Shown one piece after another: positions 57,258-63,869 of a DNA stretch of 63,869 bases. The position numbers were made by a program, and so were the translations under genes. Within the stretch, counting starts at the first letter, position 1; every line of letters starts with the position of its first letter. The notes under the pieces are model-generated. The model searched no databases, was not told where the DNA came from, and saw only the letters and a list, made by a program, of their open reading frames with translations. Source of the stretch: Setoptus koraiensis (taxonomy: Eukaryota > Animalia > Arthropoda). The stretch covers positions 2,294,132-2,358,000 of the forward strand of contig CM106586.1 of the NCBI GenBank assembly GCA_048013815.1. Reading direction: 5' to 3'.

Positions 57258-60200
57258 GAACTATAATTCATTGAACCGCCAGGTAAGTTAAGTAGTGACC
57301 AGTTGTTGTAGCCGCGCGACGATTAGACAGTTAAGATTAGACAGTTAAGTCAACTAGAAAATACCACTCCGACTATTTTTGCTATAGATATAGGCCCGCT
57401 GCCGCTAATGTCCAGTATAAAGTTCACAGACTATTTATGCGCTCGCTCACTTACATACATGCACGATGTACGATATATATATATATATATCAATTTGGGG
57501 ATTTGGCTGAATCGCGGGCCCACTCTCACTTCCAGTCAAGCACTGTGTGTGAAAATTGCAAGCCGCAACGGGGGCCATATTTCACCTAGGCGACCTCACC
57601 ACGAGCCTAGCGTGTTGCTAGTGGTAGCACCGGCGCCAACTGGGCCTCTAATAATTGGTATAACTTATAAGGCTTTGAGATCTCAAGCTCCAAAGTGCAG
57701 AACTGACCTCACTTCGATTGTCCGTTGCTCACTAACCAATGCAACCATTTTGCATGGCTATTTATTAAAAGTGGCCTATGGCCTTACGCCGTGCCTCTGG
57801 CTTGAACAAAGCTAAGCAAATGTGGGCGCATCGCTATAATTTTTCAGATCGAAAGTATAAATTGCCAGCTAAATTGCATTGAACAGCCGTTGGCTCGAAC
57901 TGACCAACAGCAAACAAACTAGTCATGCTTATGATACCAATATATAACCATTGTCTGCTCATTCAATAGCCGACACAAGGATACAGATTTGGTAGGGATG
58001 AAACCAATAATATCTATCTATCTATATATACACTATCTCTCGAGTGGCCGCTTAGACGGTTTCATTTCAAAAGTGTACAAGTGTATGAATGAGAGCCAGA
58101 TTGTGATTTGTTGTGTGTGAAGCCTGGCAATTTGTTAGTTTTGTCAGTTTGAATTTCAAGAAAATGTTGGGCTCCAGTGGAAATTCAACTGCTTGTTTAG
58201 TAACGACAACAGCCTCGAGGGTATTATCATTGGCATGCGATCTAGTGCCGATCTAGTGTTTTGTTTGGGTTTGGGCAGTGAGGTCCGACCAAAAGAAAAC
58301 TAGTGCCCAGTAGGTCACTAGTTGTGTGCGTATGCAGAAAAACAAAGTGCTGATATTGATTGGTTGGCGCTGCCAAATATATTATACTAGATGCATCGTA
58401 CAATATTACGTAATGCCCACAGAGTGGCTGGTGTGCTTTTTGAGACAGAGAGGTGCCGATACAGAGGGGACAGGAAAAAACAAGACCAGCAGCAATGAAA
58501 GAGGCAAAAGAAGAAGCAGAGAAAAAAGCAAAAGCAAAAAGAAGATGCTTCAAGTTTAGTCAACGATGAACCATAAATGCACAATAGCTGCACGATAGCG
58601 CCCAGACTTCATTGGCTAATGTGATGTAATAAGCAGATAAAAAGTGCATAACATTTTTTTGGTGCGTATAAATATTTAGGGCATTTGTATATCTGGGGGT
58701 GAGGCAAGAAAGAGAAGCGACATAGCGACTCTCGTGGCGCGTGTTCGAGATGGAGCCAAAGAGAAAAGGAAAAAATGGCCCGAAAAAAGGTGCTCGTTCG
58801 TGTTGGGTCGTCGTGTCTTGAGACGACGTATAGACAGACACAATGTGCTTGCTTTCTTCGACAGGTGATTCGCCAAAGAACTCTCTTCCTCTCTCGCTGG
58901 CTGGCTGGCTGGCCGGTGTTAGCGTGTGCGACACGAACACCAATGAATATACAATGAATATACGTACAATGTATGATCCACGTCATGATACTCGCACACG
59001 ATGTAAAAAAGCCCGAGCGAGAGGCCCGCTCAAAATAAACTCTTGCCATTGCCAAATGACCGAGAGCGTTATTTGGCAAGGCCAACCGACCACGATATCT
59101 TTTAGAATGGGCGGAGTTTAGTAGACAGGAATATTAATATCTTTGTGCTATACGATGATGCAATTTTATGCGATATCATCTCATATCATATCTAGTCCTT
59201 ATGCTGCCAACAAAACCGGCAACTTGGCCCCCTTCCAACTCTCACCTAAAACAACTGTCAGACTTGGTAAACAACCAAACGGAATTAGTTTATTTGTTTC
59301 CCGCTATGGCGCTCTAAAGTAAGCGCTCAAACACACACACACACTCTCTGGGCATCGCGACCCATCGCTTATCCACAATCCTATAGGAATATTTGCTGAC
59401 CTCAATTTGACGCCCATCAATAAATCGGACAATAGCGAGTTCCATTCTTTCGTTTAGCCTAGGTCTTGTTACTATTGCCCGTTGGCCCATAAGAATTGAG
59501 CAACCGCCGTATCAGCGTTGGCATTGGATATTTTCTGGCCCCTTTTTGGCCTCAATGTGGCCCAATAATAATCAGCGACCACTTAGGCTCCGCTCGAACT
59601 GTGCCTGTTTCGCTGGGCCAGCTTATTTTGGACAGCCCAAAAAGGTCATAATGTAGTTATAATATTGCTGTGGTGCTGTAATGCTAGTGCCTGCTGGGAT
59701 GGCAAACAATTGTCACGTTATTTTGCGCGTGAGGCCACAATTCGGGACGCGAGAATTTCGCTCAAATTAGCCGGTCAGCGGAAGCGTGCGAACGGCACTT
59801 GTTCCGCTGGCTGTTCAGTGGCCAAGTCATATGGCTTGTGAGCGAGCTAAAAACAGAAGCAGCAAATTGATTCGTGAGTTCTTTTTGGGCCAGCACTGCT
59901 CACTCCCACGCAAATCAATCATCCGTCTACCACAAATCTCGTTCTTTCTTTCGTTGAAAAAAAACATGCACAACCAATCTTGTGGTGTACAGAGACCTAG
60001 AGCATGCAGCACACCTAGTACAAGTGTCTAGACATGGGCGCAGTTATCAAAGAAGAGTATTTCGAAAAGAGGAGCTAGTTGAAAGGAAAGAAAAATAATC
60101 ACCACCATGATCAGGTAATCTTCGTGAGATACACGCACACACCATCGGCATAAATTGAATCACTGACTAGAAGTCTAGACTAAAGTCGGTCTCACCTCAA

Positions 60201-63200
60201 AGCCGTCAGATACGGCGACCAACACTGCAAGATAATATGAATTAGTTAACTGCGAGTGCTAAATATGCAAATTATTGTTGCTCCAGATCCTCGAATGTGA
60301 TCACACTCAGACCGTCTGAGTCAGACGGCAACTTGTGTCTGTTTCACGCTCATTCGATTTACCTGACGAAATGGACATTTTATGATGCTCTCTGGCTCAT
60401 TGTTGCCAACAGCAACAACAGTTATTTTGGCTAAATTGACTTTTAAAGGCCATGGCAAAATGACGGGCCAATATGCCGCCCGCTCGTGAGCTTAGCGATG
60501 CAAACGAACGACAACTATAAATTGTCCACACGATTGATCCCTATCCGCTGTTGTGGTTGCAAACCCAGCTCAGATATCAATCACCTCAATCTCGTCAAGA
60601 CCATCTCTTGGGTGGCATCGATCTGCATTCAAAACAGGCAGCTAGTCAGAATATGTGAAGGGAAAACTAGTTTTATCTCTAGTCTTCTTTTTGCTGCATC
60701 ACCACTTTATTTTGTGATCTATGAAGCATAGCCTTCGATCGTCAGACAAGTCGTCTGAAACGCACTGATATTTGTTTACTTTTGAGGACTCTCGATGCTC
60801 GAATAGACGCTAATACACGAGGTGAAACGGGTCAGATTGTGTACCTTCTCGGACAAAATGAGCTAAAAACTTGCGTACAAGGAATTCAATTCATGGAATT
60901 TCCATGTTTTCACATGCTCGCAGACAACCTGAACAGGTTGAGTGGAGATTCGCTGACGAAATTCATTGCACGATTGAGCCAGAGTTCAATCGTGCAATCT
61001 TCACAGGGCAGTGAATCTATTTTATTCGCCAACAATCCTCTGAATCTGGTGCCGGCTACATTGAGCCGGCAGCCGAGTTTTGTTGTGGCCCGAACGACAG
61101 GGAAACTTTGGCACATTCCCGACTTGCATTTATCCGAAATATTTTTAAACTCAGAGCCACACGAGAACGATCGAAAGAAAATTCCGTTCGGTAGATGAGT
61201 GGTTGTTGTTTCGGCAGTTTCAGCGCCTTGAAAATGCAACTGGGCATTGCTCGTTGCTATTTGTTTTGTTCGATTTGTTTCCGAAAAGCGAAGTGATGGA
61301 AATGGGGCCCACGTTGGGAGCTTTCGATTTCTGCAAGAGAGCGTAAACAATTAAAAATTATAATGTGCACGAATGTTTCCCGAGAGGAGGAACGCCGAAC
61401 AATCGTTGAGCTGATTGATGGGCCTTCGACTGAACAATTCCTGACAGAACAATTCCGGCCAGTTGGGCATGGCCCCTCTAGGTGCTCTTGTTTGTGGCGC
61501 CTTTTTTCGCCACTCGATTATGTCACAAACTGAAAAGCCGAATATTTACGCGGCGAATGTGTGTTTAGAGTGCTAAAATAAAGGGGCCAACAAAGATTTG
61601 CCGTTCAATTCGGCCTTCTCCTTGGCTTGGCTGGTAAAAGTTTGGTTTTTCTTGCGCGTCTTCGTTTTCTGGTCGTCGGCGCCATCGTTTCGCCCAGCTG
61701 GATAGCAGTTGGTGATGCGTGTAGTTGCCGACGTACAAGTTTTTGCAACCAATTCGAGGATCCTGAAGCCTAGATAAATAGAGCCTAAGAGAGATATGCA
61801 AATTATTGTTGGCGCGCTATGGTTTGCGCTGGGCAACATTATTAGGATAATAAAGCGGCCAAGAATTTCTTTTGAAGGCTTGCTTGCCTTGGCACAAGCG
61901 AGGCACGTGCACAACGCGTTACGTAACTGTCGGCCCAAATGAATGCTGCCACGTCCATCTACATTTATCTACATGCTGGCTGACGTTCGCGTCGGCACTG
62001 GCAGCTAGAGGCAAGACGAACGAGCCAGCGAGCGAGCGTGATTTCGTTTTTGAAATCACGATAAATATTTGAGGAAGTAGCGAGATGATATAGATCAGCG
62101 AGAGATAAGTTAGATAATAGACAAATTGTGGCACAATTTGTGCTCGCTATTTTGTGCCTGTCGTTGTTGTTGTCGTTGTTGTTGTCGTTGTTGTTGTCGT
62201 TGTTGTTGCTGTTGTTGTTGCTGCTGTCTCTGTTGTTGTTGTTGTTGAGCCTGCGCCAAATCATGTCTATTTGCTTTTTGTTAAACTGGCGTAAAATATT
62301 TGCCTATCACCACACAAACACGTATCTATCAATCTGCATGAGAATATTTGATAATTTTAAATATCGCTCCCCCAAAGTTTGGGGCCTAAACGGTGGATTT
62401 AGATGCGAGTTGTTTGTTTACCACTGACACACTTTGTGAGTGTGGAGGCACGACAACCGGCCCGACGATGTGACAGGCGAGATTATTCTTCTTTGCCCGC
62501 GATAATCGGAGGCTGTCTCGCTGACAATATTTGCGATCTCTCGTTGATGGCCAACAAATGTAAACTATGCACAAAATGAACGACCTTCAAAAATTATCCG
62601 TCCGTTATTGCGCCATTTATTACGTGATTAGTTTGGCCCCAATACGGGCTAATATCACGTGTGTGCCTATTGAGGCCAGCGCAAGTGCCGTGCGAGAGAT
62701 CATGCATACTATAGCATGCATATTATTGTGTCTTGGAGGCTCTCGAAGCGAAAACAAAAACAACCAAACAAAAACAAAGATCAGCTGAGCTGGTGGGCTG
62801 CATATTAGAATTAGTGAGTGGCAGACGAAAAAATTAGACGATCGTGCAAAGCTGGCGCGAGCTCGCATCAAGTTGCGCAATCAATTTGGATTAATGTTAT
62901 TATTGGCCGTTTTGTTATCATTGGCCCAGTGCGCAATGGACGGGAGACTCACAAGCCGGTATTGCACGAGACAGAGGTCAGCGCAAGCTAATGGCACAGG
63001 TGAAGTATGAAGCGGGCATCAGCTTACAGCGGTAGCGATGGTCAGTTGAGCGACGCTTGGTCGGTCTGGCTAACTTGTGAGCGAGACGTGAGCCAAAAAC
63101 AAGGGCTCTAAATTATCATTATTGTTACCATTGTTATGTTATTATAGTTGTTATTGGTGCTATCATGTGTGTAGCTGGCATTAGGTCATTTATTGTGCCG

Positions 63201-63869
63201 CTATGTGTCTCGTGGAGCCGGCCGGCCCGAGTCACACACACATCGGTGGCTTATTGGTTGGCTTTTGGGTTGGCTTGGTGGCGTTGTTGCCGTCGCTGTT
63301 GGTTGGCCGCTCGCTGGTGTTGGCACTAATGAGAGAGCAACAAGAACAAAGCGAAAAATAAAAGTAATGATAATAATGATCACTCTCGTCGTATTTCGTT
63401 ATCTCTCATTGACTATGTGAGTGCCGCTGTGTGTGTGTGTGTGTGCGTATGTGTGTGCGTGTGCGTGGGCGCCCACACCCGATACTTTGCTGTGTGCCAA
63501 CGTATTGCCGCTACGCGTTACGTAATAGATGAAAGCGTGACCGTTGCGCTATGTGTAGTTGTTGCCAAAAAACACAAACTAGACAGAGACAAAGAGACAG
63601 ATTTTGTCGCAACATTTGCGAACATTCGAACTCTGTCGAACTGCATATCCTCTACGCTTGCACCAGCACACAACATATGATATGAGCGCGCAACGAATGA
63701 TGAGATTTGTGCCGGCTGCCAACGGTAAACTTTGCTCTTGTTTTGTGGTGGCGCCACCGGCCGGCCTTTGGCGACAGTGAGCCATTAGCACCAACACAGG
63801 TAACCTGATACATTATCCACAATATTGGCTTATCCGCTGGCCAACACTCATCGAATGTGCCCAAGTCGA

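Noticed and set aside
60782-61350. Overlapping 138-aa (+) and 146-aa (-) ORFs
   Set aside because: Non-ATG or weak starts, no recognisable domain, and locally higher GC explains the open frames; worth only a routine BLAST.
1-63869. CRISPR arrays, rRNA or prokaryotic operons
   Set aside because: No repeat-spacer arrays or rRNA motifs; spliceosomal introns show the DNA is eukaryotic.

Overview
Eukaryotic, AT-rich, microsatellite-rich arthropod DNA. My best inference is an acariform mite with a compacted genome; the species cannot be fixed from sequence. From left to right the window holds: the first two exons of a tachykinin-type GPCR (minus); an intronless divergent beta-tubulin convergent with an intronless RMND1; a ~19 kb repeat-rich stretch containing one orphan ORF with a degenerate SH3-like end; a six-exon ZMIZ/tonalli gene with a ~970-aa Q/N/H-rich N-terminus; and a very tight cluster of ANKFY1-like, KDM4, a miniaturised ribophorin II, cyclin H and an Ig-domain receptor tyrosine kinase that runs into a 500-N gap. 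Right of the gap are decayed coding-like DNA, a young intact Tc3-like DD34E transposon (196-bp TIRs, TA duplication) and two Sidestep-family Ig exons (minus). There is no CRISPR array and no convincing tRNA or rRNA. The most interesting signals are re-engineered proteins: a 115-aa RPN2 with no lumenal domain, a rabankyrin-5 whose BTB half is replaced by a CxxC...CxxC cassette, and a Cad96Ca-type kinase carrying Ig domains. Also notable are extreme 3'-end packing with shared or reciprocal poly(A) signals, and a 10-bp-phased G-run foldback upstream of beta-tubulin. All homology calls are from recalled motifs, not database searches.
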